From the NCBI GenBank assembly GCA_964496885.1, contig CAZCBG010000003.1, positions 16,952-80,951 of the forward strand: a stretch of DNA of 64,000 nucleotides. Direction: 5' to 3'. Source of the DNA: an uncultured Bacteroides sp. GTDB lineage: Bacteria > Bacteroidota > Bacteroidia > Bacteroidales > JACABE01. A program made the position numbers and the translations under genes. Position 1 is the first letter of the stretch. Each line of letters begins with the position of its first letter. Below, piece after piece: positions 36,730-45,500 of this stretch. The notes under the pieces are model-generated. The model was not told the origin of the DNA. It did no database searches and worked only from the letters and a program-made list of their open reading frames with translations.

Positions 36730-37575
36730 TTATCTTGCAGAATTATTTATTTCAATGGGTTGAATACTCAAAACAGGAATAGGGCTGTTGTTTACCATTT
36801 GCTGAGCATAAGGACCTAACCAGAAATTAGCAGCAGTTTTTTCCTGTTCTGTCATTATAACAACCAGGTCGGCATTAATTTGCTGTGAATATTCAATGGT
36901 AGTTGTGGTCGTATTATCGGCTTCTACAAAATTAGTAACATATTTAGCATGATTCTCGTCCATATATTTCTCAACTTGTGATACATATGTATCAACTTTA
37001 CGTCTGATAGCTTTTAAAGTTGTAGTATAGAGTCCTAATATATGGATTTCTGCATCAAAATATTTTGCCATTTTACATGCAAATGGTACCTTTTGACGGG
37101 TATCAGATGAACTATCAATCGGAAGTATGATTTTCTCCAGTTTCTTTTTAAAATTGAAACCGTATCTGATTGTAATTACAGGACATGGGGCATAAGTAAC
37201 AATCCTAAATGCATTGCTTCCCATCCACATCTTTTCAAAACCGGAGGCACCATGAGTCCCTGCAATAATTAGATCAGCATCATTGTATTTAGCCTGATTA
37301 GCAATTTCGCTGTAAACTCTTCCTTTGCGGAGTTTATAGCTTAGTGTACTATTCACTAATTTCGGTTGATATTCCATTTGAATCTTTTCGATATGCAACT
37401 TTGCATCATTCCTTGCTTCACTGCCTATTGCTAAAAATTCCGAATCTGTGTCAGTTTCACTATCAACCCAAACCATCATAATATTGGCATTGGTCTTGTT
37501 AGCAATATCAATAGCAAGTTCTAAGGCATATAAAGACCCTTTTGAAAAATCAATAGCTACAATTATTTCTTTCAT
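36730..37575 (-). CDS. tandem universal stress protein (two UspA domains)
   Basis: 281 aa with two repeats, each starting with a beta strand (IIVAIDFS, IILPIDSS). The first carries the ATP-motif-like AGTHGASGF. Confidence 0.8.
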   Translation of the reverse strand: MKEIIVAIDFSKGSLYALELAIDIANKTNANIMMVWVDSETDTDSEFLAIGSEARNDAKLHIEKIQMEYQPKLVNSTLSYKLRKGRVYSEIANQAKYNDADLIIAGTHGASGFEKMWMGSNAFRIVTYAPCPVITIRYGFNFKKKLEKIILPIDSSSDTRQKVPFACKMAKYFDAEIHILGLYTTTLKAIRRKVDTYVSQVEKYMDENHAKYVTNFVEADNTTTTTIEYSQQINADLVVIMTEQEKTAANFWLGPYAQQMVNNSPIPVLSIQPIEINNSAR

Positions 37576-37692
37576 AAATTCCGTTATTTATAGATTATTT
37601 ATTTAATTTAGCTAAATTATATATTTTTTAATCATAGTGTACGTTTTTTTTAATAAAAATGTTACGATGATACCTTTTTTTAATGAAAATTT

Positions 37693-38718
37693 ATGAATGA
37701 AAATTTAGATGCCAGCGGAGAACAACTCAATTCAGCGGAGAAAGAATATGAAAGAGCCTTGCGGCCTTCATTTTTTGATAGTTTTGCCGGACAATTTCAG
37801 GTAGTCGAAAATTTAAAAATTTTCGTAGAAGCAGCCAAGCAAAGGGGGGAAGCACTCGATCATGTTTTATTACATGGACCTCCGGGATTGGGTAAAACTA
37901 CGCTCTCCTATATTATTGCCAACGAGCTGAATGTTAACATTAAGATTACTTCAGGTCCTGTGCTTGATAAGCCGGGTGAATTAGCTGGTCTTTTGACCAA
38001 TCTTGAAGAAAACGATGTGTTGTTTATCGATGAAATTCATCGTTTATCACCTGTAGTGGAAGAATATCTCTATTCAGCCATGGAAGATTATAAGATTGAC
38101 ATCATGATAGAATCAGGGCCCAATGCAAGAAGTGTGCAGATTGCGCTGAACCCTTTTACATTGATCGGTGCCACAACACGTTCAGGACTGTTAACAGCTC
38201 CTTTACGTTCACGTTTTGGCATCAATTCACGTTTATCGTATTATGATGCGGTAGTGCTTGAAAAAATCATTACCCGTTCTGCAGATATTTTGAAAATAGG
38301 CATCGTAAAAGAAGCAGCCGGCGAAATTGCCCGTCGTAGCCGGGGAACCCCCCGTATTGCCAATCTACTTTTGCGCCGTGTCCGCGACTTTGCACAAATC
38401 AAAGGAAACGGGAATATAGATTTACCCATTGTTCAATATGCCCTCAATGCCTTGAATGTTGATAAAAACGGGCTCGATGAAATGGACAACCGGATATTAT
38501 CGACCATCATCGATAAATTCAAAGGAGGACCTGTTGGATTAACGACAATAGCAACTGCTGTTGGTGAAGATTCCGGTACCATAGAGGAAGTATATGAACC
38601 CTTCCTGATTATGGAAGGCTATATGATGCGCACTCCTCGGGGTCGGGAAGTTACCGAAATGGCCTATAAACATTTGGGAAGAATTAAACTCAACAAACAA
38701 AAGGATTTATTTGAATAA
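37693..38718 (+). CDS. ruvB: Holliday junction branch migration DNA helicase RuvB
   Basis: 341 aa with the motifs [40 protein letters not shown] and [17 protein letters not shown]-like [17 protein letters not shown]. Confidence 0.97.
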   Translation: MNENLDASGEQLNSAEKEYERALRPSFFDSFAGQFQVVENLKIFVEAAKQRGEALDHVLLHGPPGLGKTTLSYIIANELNVNIKITSGPVLDKPGELAGLLTNLEENDVLFIDEIHRLSPVVEEYLYSAMEDYKIDIMIESGPNARSVQIALNPFTLIGATTRSGLLTAPLRSRFGINSRLSYYDAVVLEKIITRSADILKIGIVKEAAGEIARRSRGTPRIANLLLRRVRDFAQIKGNGNIDLPIVQYALNALNVDKNGLDEMDNRILSTIIDKFKGGPVGLTTIATAVGEDSGTIEEVYEPFLIMEGYMMRTPRGREVTEMAYKHLGRIKLNKQKDLFE

Positions 38719-38816
38719 GAGGTGCTGATTAATAGAACAGAAAAGTAGCTAACATAATGTTTTTTAATGCTATACAGAAGAATATTTAAGCTTTTCAAAT
38801 AATGATCATTCCTCCT

Positions 38817-40004
38817 TTATTCTTTAATTACAATATTATAATCCAACCAAAAGGCTTTGTTTTGCATCATTTTCTGATCGTAAATATTGTTTGAATTCTC
38901 CATTCTGGGAAGCTTTCTTACCAAACTTTCTCCATTTTCAACTTCTCCAATATTTTTATATTCTGTAAAAAATTTTCCTACGATATGAGGTTTATGCTGT
39001 TCATAGTAGAAAAATCCATCCCCAAACTCATATTTTAAGTAAGATAATATCATTTTATTTTCATTATCAGATTTGTAAATAACTAAAATATCTGAATTTA
39101 GGTGAATATAATAATCTTTACTGTTTGTTTGAACCGGAATTGGAAAATCTTCAGCTTTGTATAAGATATGAATTTTGAATAATTTATGATCCACACTACT
39201 CAAATATACTTCACCATAAACTACTTCTTCTTTTGAGTTTTTAGGGGAGATTTTTATTTCTAAAATATTTGTTTTTAAGGTACTGTCATAATAGCTCGTT
39301 TTTAAAGTATAATTATAATTTTTGGGATCTGAAAAATATTCGCTTTTATAGCGGCAAAAATTTCTTTCAAGCATCCATTTTAAATAATTCCCTTCTGGAG
39401 TAGGTACTTTCAATAAGCTATCCCTGTTCTTTTGAATTCCTAAAATATAAATATTTTCAAGAATATTGTCCAGTAAATTAGCATGTAATCTATCATAGCC
39501 CGGATCTTCAATAATAAGAGCACTATTAACTGTTCGGGTATGCCATTTTTTTATTGGATCATAATTATTAATTTGTTCGAAGTACGAACCTTTATAAAAA
39601 CGTTTTCCCGTTTGAAAGTTTGTTTTAATTTTTTTAAAAGCATCTGCTAGCATTTCATAAGCTGAAATGCCTGAAGTTATTATCTCAACTGGATTTAAGT
39701 TGTAAACCACAGGATCCATGTGTATATTATTAGCATTAATTGTATCCAATTTTTTCAACAAAAATGCTTTTCGATAATAACCGATACTTGAAATCCAGAT
39801 TGAATCATTTAGAGGATCATTTTTGATATAAAGGATAAACTTCCCATCAATATCGCTGATGGCACCCAAATATTTATTCACGTACACATTTGCATAAGGG
39901 ATGGGCGCTAGTGTTTTTGTATCAATAAGATTTCCCTGTACAATTCTTCCTTTTGCGAATAAAGTTATAAGTAGAAAATATAAAACAAGGAGAAGATTTT
40001 TCAT
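38817..40004 (-). CDS. carboxypeptidase-like regulatory domain-containing secreted protein, function unknown
   Basis: 395 aa with a signal peptide. The N-terminal GNLIDTKTLAPIPYANVYVNKYLGAISDIDGKFILYI is CarboxypepD_reg-like; the rest is unassigned. I found neither a promoter box nor a hairpin in the 70-nt gap to the upstream gene. Confidence 0.6.
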   Translation of the reverse strand: MKNLLLVLYFLLITLFAKGRIVQGNLIDTKTLAPIPYANVYVNKYLGAISDIDGKFILYIKNDPLNDSIWISSIGYYRKAFLLKKLDTINANNIHMDPVVYNLNPVEIITSGISAYEMLADAFKKIKTNFQTGKRFYKGSYFEQINNYDPIKKWHTRTVNSALIIEDPGYDRLHANLLDNILENIYILGIQKNRDSLLKVPTPEGNYLKWMLERNFCRYKSEYFSDPKNYNYTLKTSYYDSTLKTNILEIKISPKNSKEEVVYGEVYLSSVDHKLFKIHILYKAEDFPIPVQTNSKDYYIHLNSDILVIYKSDNENKMILSYLKYEFGDGFFYYEQHKPHIVGKFFTEYKNIGEVENGESLVRKLPRMENSNNIYDQKMMQNKAFWLDYNIVIKE

Positions 40005-40074
40005 AGTTATCGTTGAATCATTTTAATAGCCATAAATTAGTTAGCAGATAAAATAAGATCAAATGCCTTTCAGA

Positions 40075-40410
40075 TTATTCTTCCAATATCCTGAAGGAAT
40101 CGCTGTCTTCGATTCTTTCCAACTCACTTTCTTCGGGCAAATGAAGATAAGCCTTTATGGCAGGGTCGAAATCGGCGATGGTTTCCACTTCAAAAACCTT
40201 GCTGTTTTTTTCGTCTTCCACATATTCTTCGGTTTCTGTACCTGCCAAAAACCTCCAGCCACTGTCGTTTTCAGCATCTTCCTGAATTTCTTCACGGTAC
40301 ATATAACCGACTTTTTTACCATCTAAGGTAATTAAATTTGAAACCAGACACAAACCCATGGAGGTTTCTTCTGCAGGATTTGTATTGTGTTTTATGTGTT
40401 GTTTTTTCAT
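40075..40410 (-). CDS. DUF2185 (Imm33-like) domain protein
   Basis: 111 aa. The core GLCLVSNLITLDGKKVGYMYREEIQEDAENDSGWRFLAGTETEEYVEDEKNSKVFEVETIADFDPAI matches my memory of the DUF2185/Imm33 consensus (MYRE...DSGW.F..G.E..EY). Its ATG overlaps the radical SAM stop (TAATG at 40412-40408). Confidence 0.6.
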   Translation of the reverse strand: MKKQHIKHNTNPAEETSMGLCLVSNLITLDGKKVGYMYREEIQEDAENDSGWRFLAGTETEEYVEDEKNSKVFEVETIADFDPAIKAYLHLPEESELERIEDSDSFRILEE

Positions 40411-42269
40411 TATTTTGTTTTTTTATTTATAAATTTTGAAATGTAATTCTTTGGAATTGAAGTAGGCGGAATTTTAAATTCAAACCAATCTTGCAAGGAA
40501 TATTCCAATCCGTTATCGTGCATAAAATTATACAAGGCTTTGGTCAGCCCCATGCCATATTTCTCATGATTACAGCCTGTTTTATCAATATGATTACAGC
40601 CGTTTTGAGCAAATACATTTTCAGGATAAGGAAGGCGTTCTACTCCATATTTTTCAGGATCCATGCCAACCGGACTGTGAACCGTCATGGCAAAGCGATG
40701 CCAGAAGGCTGATTGTATCAGCTTGTGATGAAACAATTGACGAACAACTTCTAATGCATCTATCGTTTCCTGAGCAGTTTCGGTCGGGAAACCATACATC
40801 AGATAAGCATGTATCATGATGCCAGCGTTTTGAAAAGCAGCTGTTACTGTTGCTACTTGCTCTATGCTTACGCCCTTTTCCATTTTTTCCAATAAGCGGT
40901 CGGAAGCAACTTCCAGACCACCTGAAACTGCAATGCAACCCGACTCAGCAAGTAATTCGCATAACTCTGATTTAAATGCCATTTCAAATCGGATATTTGT
41001 CCACCAACTAAGGCTGAGTTTGCGCTGGATAATCTCTTCAGCTAATTTTCTCAACAATATAGGAGATGCCGCTTCATCTACAAAATGAAAGCCCCGTTGC
41101 CCTGTTTGTTTGATAATAGCTTCTATACGGTCGCATAAAATGCCTGCAGATGCTGGCATGTATCGTTTGATATAATCCAAAGAAACATCGCAAAACGAAC
41201 AACGGTGCCAGTAACATCCATGAGCCAGTGCTATTTTGTTCCAACGTCCATTGCTCCACAAATTGTGCATGGGATTTGTAGTTTCGCTCACAGAAATATA
41301 GTCCTGCAAAGGCAAACCTTCGTAAACGGGTATTCCAATGTCTTTGTGAGCAAAATCTTTCTCAAGGGCATTGTTGATGTATGTAACTTTAGCATGTTCT
41401 AATTTAAAAGTTCTTGCTAAATTATCTTCACCCTTTATAATATGATTCAGTAATTTTAATAAAGGTAGTTCCCCATCGTCAAGGCAAACATAATCTATCA
41501 ATTCAAATAGCTTTGGTTCATTAAGTTGACGCAATTCTGTATTAACAAACCCTCCTCCAATGACAACCGGAATATGCGGATATTTTTTCTTGATAAATTC
41601 TGCTGATTTTAAAGCCATTAACAAATTCCCAGGAAAAGGAATTGTAAAGCCAATAAGTTTAGGCTTATATTTGATGATGGATTGATCCAATAAGTTATAC
41701 ATGACGCCAGTAATGAGTGACTCAAGCTTAAGCTCTTCTTGAATGCATTGATAGTTGATGGAATTTAAGCCGATTTGTTCTGCATAACGACTGAATCCAA
41801 AGCGGCTGTCAATACATTCGGTAATAAAATCGCCAATATCCTCTATGAATAGCGTAGCCAGAAATTTTGCTTTATCTTGTATGCCATCTGAACCAAAATG
41901 CCATTCTAAGTCCTGTTGAATGTTGAATCTTCCGGCTTCCGGTAAAACTCCATTGTTGATGGAATAAGCAAAACTTGTGTCTTTACCTTGCAAAAAAGCA
42001 ATAACTGCATCAATATGCCTGATGTAGTCATCTTTTGATGCTATTATTTTTTTTGAATTCTCTGAACACTTGGCGTCATCTATAGAATCAAACATCATTT
42101 GCAATCCATTGGCAGAAAGCAATTCTAAAATGCAAGAGATGCTTAAATCAAGTTGAGCTACCTTAAACCCTTGTTCTTGCAAAAAACCCTTTAAACCGGC
42201 TGTTGCAGGATAGGGTGTATTCAACTGAATAAAAGGTGGAATAATAAGTAATAAATCGTTTTGAGTCAC
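40410..42269 (-). CDS. B12-binding-domain (class B-like) radical SAM enzyme, noncanonical CX4CX2C motif
   Basis: The track ORF (to 42446) starts at a TTG and its first 59 residues are low-complexity. I prefer the GTG at 42269 (giving MTQNDLLLIIPPF), because a promoter box lies at 42292-42299 inside the extension. The Rossmann-like N-terminus is LIGFTIPFPG...VVIGGGF. The cluster motif C-YWHR-C-SF-C was verified codon by codon at 41216-41190. Confidence 0.75.
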   Translation of the reverse strand: MTQNDLLLIIPPFIQLNTPYPATAGLKGFLQEQGFKVAQLDLSISCILELLSANGLQMMFDSIDDAKCSENSKKIIASKDDYIRHIDAVIAFLQGKDTSFAYSINNGVLPEAGRFNIQQDLEWHFGSDGIQDKAKFLATLFIEDIGDFITECIDSRFGFSRYAEQIGLNSINYQCIQEELKLESLITGVMYNLLDQSIIKYKPKLIGFTIPFPGNLLMALKSAEFIKKKYPHIPVVIGGGFVNTELRQLNEPKLFELIDYVCLDDGELPLLKLLNHIIKGEDNLARTFKLEHAKVTYINNALEKDFAHKDIGIPVYEGLPLQDYISVSETTNPMHNLWSNGRWNKIALAHGCYWHRCSFCDVSLDYIKRYMPASAGILCDRIEAIIKQTGQRGFHFVDEAASPILLRKLAEEIIQRKLSLSWWTNIRFEMAFKSELCELLAESGCIAVSGGLEVASDRLLEKMEKGVSIEQVATVTAAFQNAGIMIHAYLMYGFPTETAQETIDALEVVRQLFHHKLIQSAFWHRFAMTVHSPVGMDPEKYGVERLPYPENVFAQNGCNHIDKTGCNHEKYGMGLTKALYNFMHDNGLEYSLQDWFEFKIPPTSIPKNYISKFINKKTK

Positions 42270-42291
42270 AATTTTAAATAATTGTTTTTTA

Positions 42292-42299
42292 CAAAAGTA
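42292..42299 (-). promoter_or_regulatory. -7 promoter box TACTTTTG (minus strand) for the radical SAM operon
   Basis: Plus strand reads CAAAAGTA, 23 nt upstream of the in-frame GTG at 42269 and inside the longest-ORF extension. Confidence 0.45.
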
Positions 42300-42418
42300 G
42301 GATAAATTTCTATTCTGCTGCTTACTTAGGAATCTTTTATTTAGAAGATAGTTGAGCAAATTACGAAGTGGTTTAAGATTTATTAGTAAAAGGAGGTTAA
42401 GAAGCGACATTTTTTTAT

Positions 42419-42426
42419 TACTTTTG
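42419..42426 (+). promoter_or_regulatory. possible -7 promoter box TACTTTTG for the Pls-like synthetase gene
   Basis: Matches TAnnTTTG but lies 108 nt before the ATG at 42534, which is a long leader. Tentative. Confidence 0.3.
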
Positions 42427-42533
42427 TATAAGATTCGATAAAACAAGTATTATTTTAAAAAAGCTGAATTAGAATACTTTAATAAATTAAAAAATATTCT
42501 ATTCTTGAAAAATATCAATCTAAAAAACACAGC

Positions 42534-45500
42534 ATGCAAGAAGAACCCTTTGAAGAAAAAGTAATCAACATAAATTTTAGTGCGTGGTCGGGACTTTCAT
42601 CTTATAATAATTTGAAGGAAAAGCTGCTTTTGCATGAGCTTTTTGAACAATCTGCAGATCGTTTTCCTGATAATATAGCAATAGAAGATGCAACTATAAA
42701 GCTCAGCTATGCTGAAGTTGAGCATCAGGCAAATCAGCTGGCACATTACCTCATCGAAAAGGGAGTTGGTGCTGATCAGAAAGTTGCTATTATGCTCCCT
42801 CGGATTTCATATGTTTATATTGCAATGCTGGGGGTTTTAAAGGCAGGAGGGGCTTATATTCCGCTTGATCCAGAAATACCCGGTGAAAGAGTTGACTTTA
42901 TAATGGAAGATTCCGGAGCATTGCTTCTTATTTCTTCTGATGAAATTTTAAACCGCATAGGTTCTACTCTTACAACTAGAAAGATATTAAATGTTGACCA
43001 AGAAAATAAGTTGCTTGAAAACTTCCCTGAAAGTCGAATGATAAATTCTAAGGTAAGTAGCAATCATCTCTGTTATATTATTTACACTTCAGGTACAAGT
43101 GGCCAGCCTAAAGGCGTTTTGCTGGAACATCGAAATGTAATTACTTATGTTCATTCTGCTCAGGAAATATATCCAATAACAGCTTCTGACAGAGCCCTTC
43201 AGGGTTTTTCCGTATCTTTTGATGCATCAGTAGAAGAAATTTGGCTTCCTTTTTCTGTAGGAGCTTCTGTTGTTGTAGGTAAATTTGACATCATGCGATC
43301 GGGTGACCGTTTTTCAGAAATTCTTTATAAGTTAAACATTACTTTTTTATCCTGTGCACCCACATTACTATCTATGGTTGATGAGGATATCCCAAGCTTA
43401 AAGATATTGATATTCGGTGGGGAAGTTTGTCCATCTGATCTAGCGCATCGATGGTGCCGTGAAGGTCGGATGGTATATAATACCTATGGACCAACCGAAG
43501 CAGCTGTTATTGCAACCTACCAGGTTTTAGAACCCAATCAGGCTGTAACTATTGGACGTCCAATGCCTCAATATATTGTAATGATACTTGATGAGGCATT
43601 AAATTCAGTAAATATTGGCCAGGAAGGAGAAATCTATATTGGAGGAGAATGTGTAGCCCGCGGCTATCTCAATCAGGCAGAACTTACAACAGAAAAATTT
43701 ATTGAAACCGACAAATTTACAACTTATCCTTTGCGTTTGTATAGAACAGGTGATCTTGCCAAATATGCAGAAAATGGAGAAATAATATATGTAGGAAGAG
43801 CCGATACCCAAGTGAAAGTTCGTGGTTTCAGGGTTGAACTGTCAGAAATTGAAGGACTTATTCTGAAAACTAATAATATAAAAGCAGCAGTTGTGGCACT
43901 CGATAAAGCTACACAGCAACTTGCAGCTTATATCGTTGTACGTGAAGGAGAAACTATTGATCGTGAACAAATGATTACTTTGCTTCGCGCTAAACTACCT
44001 TATTACATGATACCTTCAACACTTGACGAGGTGATTTCTTTGCCTATGACCTCAAGTTCTAAAATTGACAGAAGTAAGTTACCAAAGCCTAAAACACCAT
44101 TGGCTTCTTCTTCACATAAGGAATATATATTACCAACATCTACTCTTGAGAAAGTACTTGTAGGTAAGTTAAAGGATCATTTCAGGCTTATCGATATTTC
44201 AATGGACGACAACTTCTTTACTGATCTCGGGGGGCATTCTCTTTTAGCAGCTATTGTTGTTTCTGATCTAAGAAAAGACGTTTTGTTCAAAAATATGTCA
44301 GTCATTGATATCTACAACAATCCAGTATTAAAAGATTTAGCAAATGAACTGGAATCTCAGTTAAACTTAAAACACACTAAAAAAAAAGAGCCCCGCGACT
44401 TTTACAAACCATCAAGCCTTAGTTATTATAGTTGTTGGTTCAGTCAGGGTGTATCCATGATATTTTTATCCTTCTTATTTGGCTTAGAATGGTTGGGACC
44501 GTTTTTTGTTTATTCTTATTACTATCATGCCGATTATGGGGTAGTAGATTCTTTGTTAATCATGCTTCTGACTTACTTTTTGCTGTTGCCAACATTTTCG
44601 ATATTTGCTATCATCTTTAAATGGCTGGTAATTGGCCGGATTAAACCTGGTAAGTATAAATTGTGGAGCTTATATTATTTCCGTTTCTGGATAGTAGATA
44701 AGGTTATAGGTATTTCCCCTGCCAGTTATTTTACGGGAACTCCTATTATTACCAATTTCTATAGATTGTTAGGGGCAAAAATTGGGAAAAATACATACAT
44801 CAACTCACATACTTCGTCTGTATTCGACTTACTGACAATCGGAAATAACGTTAGTATATGTACAGATACTCATTTTAAAGGCTTTGAGATCAAAGACGGT
44901 TACCTTCATATTGGATCTATTGAAATTGCTGATGAATGTTTTGTTGGAACCCGTTGTTGTATTTCAGAAAATACTAAAATGGAGCGTAATTCTTCAATGG
45001 AAGATCTCTCTTTACTGCCTTCAGGAAGTATTATTCCTGCAAACGAGAATTGGCAAGGTTCTCCTGCTGAGAAAATAGGCATTAATCCAAAAGTAGAAAC
45101 TATAAAATTGTGGAAAGAAACTCATTTTACGCTTTACCTCCTGGGCGTATTTATTTTTCCTCTCATAACTATGCTGGCTTATTTTCCTGGAATGATGCTC
45201 ATTACACATGTCGACTATTCCAGTGATGACTATGAATTTTTAATGTTAACCATTGTTGTTGCAGTTTCGTTCGTACTTATATTATCTCTCATTATTGCTT
45301 TGTTAAAATGGCTGATGTTGGGAAATATAAAGGAGGGAAGGTATCCTGTAGCAAGCCTTTTTTACTACAGGAAATGGTTTTTTGATCAATTGATGAAATT
45401 GAGTCTGCAGGTTATTGGTACACTTTATACAACACTCTACCTTCAGTATTGGTTTAAACTTTTAGGCGTAAAAATTGGTAAGCGTTCCGAAATTTCAACG

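Noticed and set aside
40600-41400. Locally elevated GC and a cluster of five alternative-frame ORFs inside the radical SAM gene, considered as a sign of horizontal transfer
   Set aside because: Hand counts gave 28/60 and 27/60 G+C for lines 40621-40680 and 40681-40740, against 14/60 for line 39001-39060. A core housekeeping line in uvrA (25321-25380) gave 26/60. The elevation therefore looks like the normal bias of conserved enzyme cores in an AT-rich genome and not an island signal. No integrase, tRNA flank or direct repeats bound the region.
42270-42446. 59-codon N-terminal extension of the radical SAM ORF (MFYRILYKSNKKMSLLNLLLLINLKPL...)
   Set aside because: It starts at a TTG and has AT-rich low-complexity composition. 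It contains a minus-strand promoter box (42299-42292). The conserved domain begins right after the in-frame GTG at 42269.
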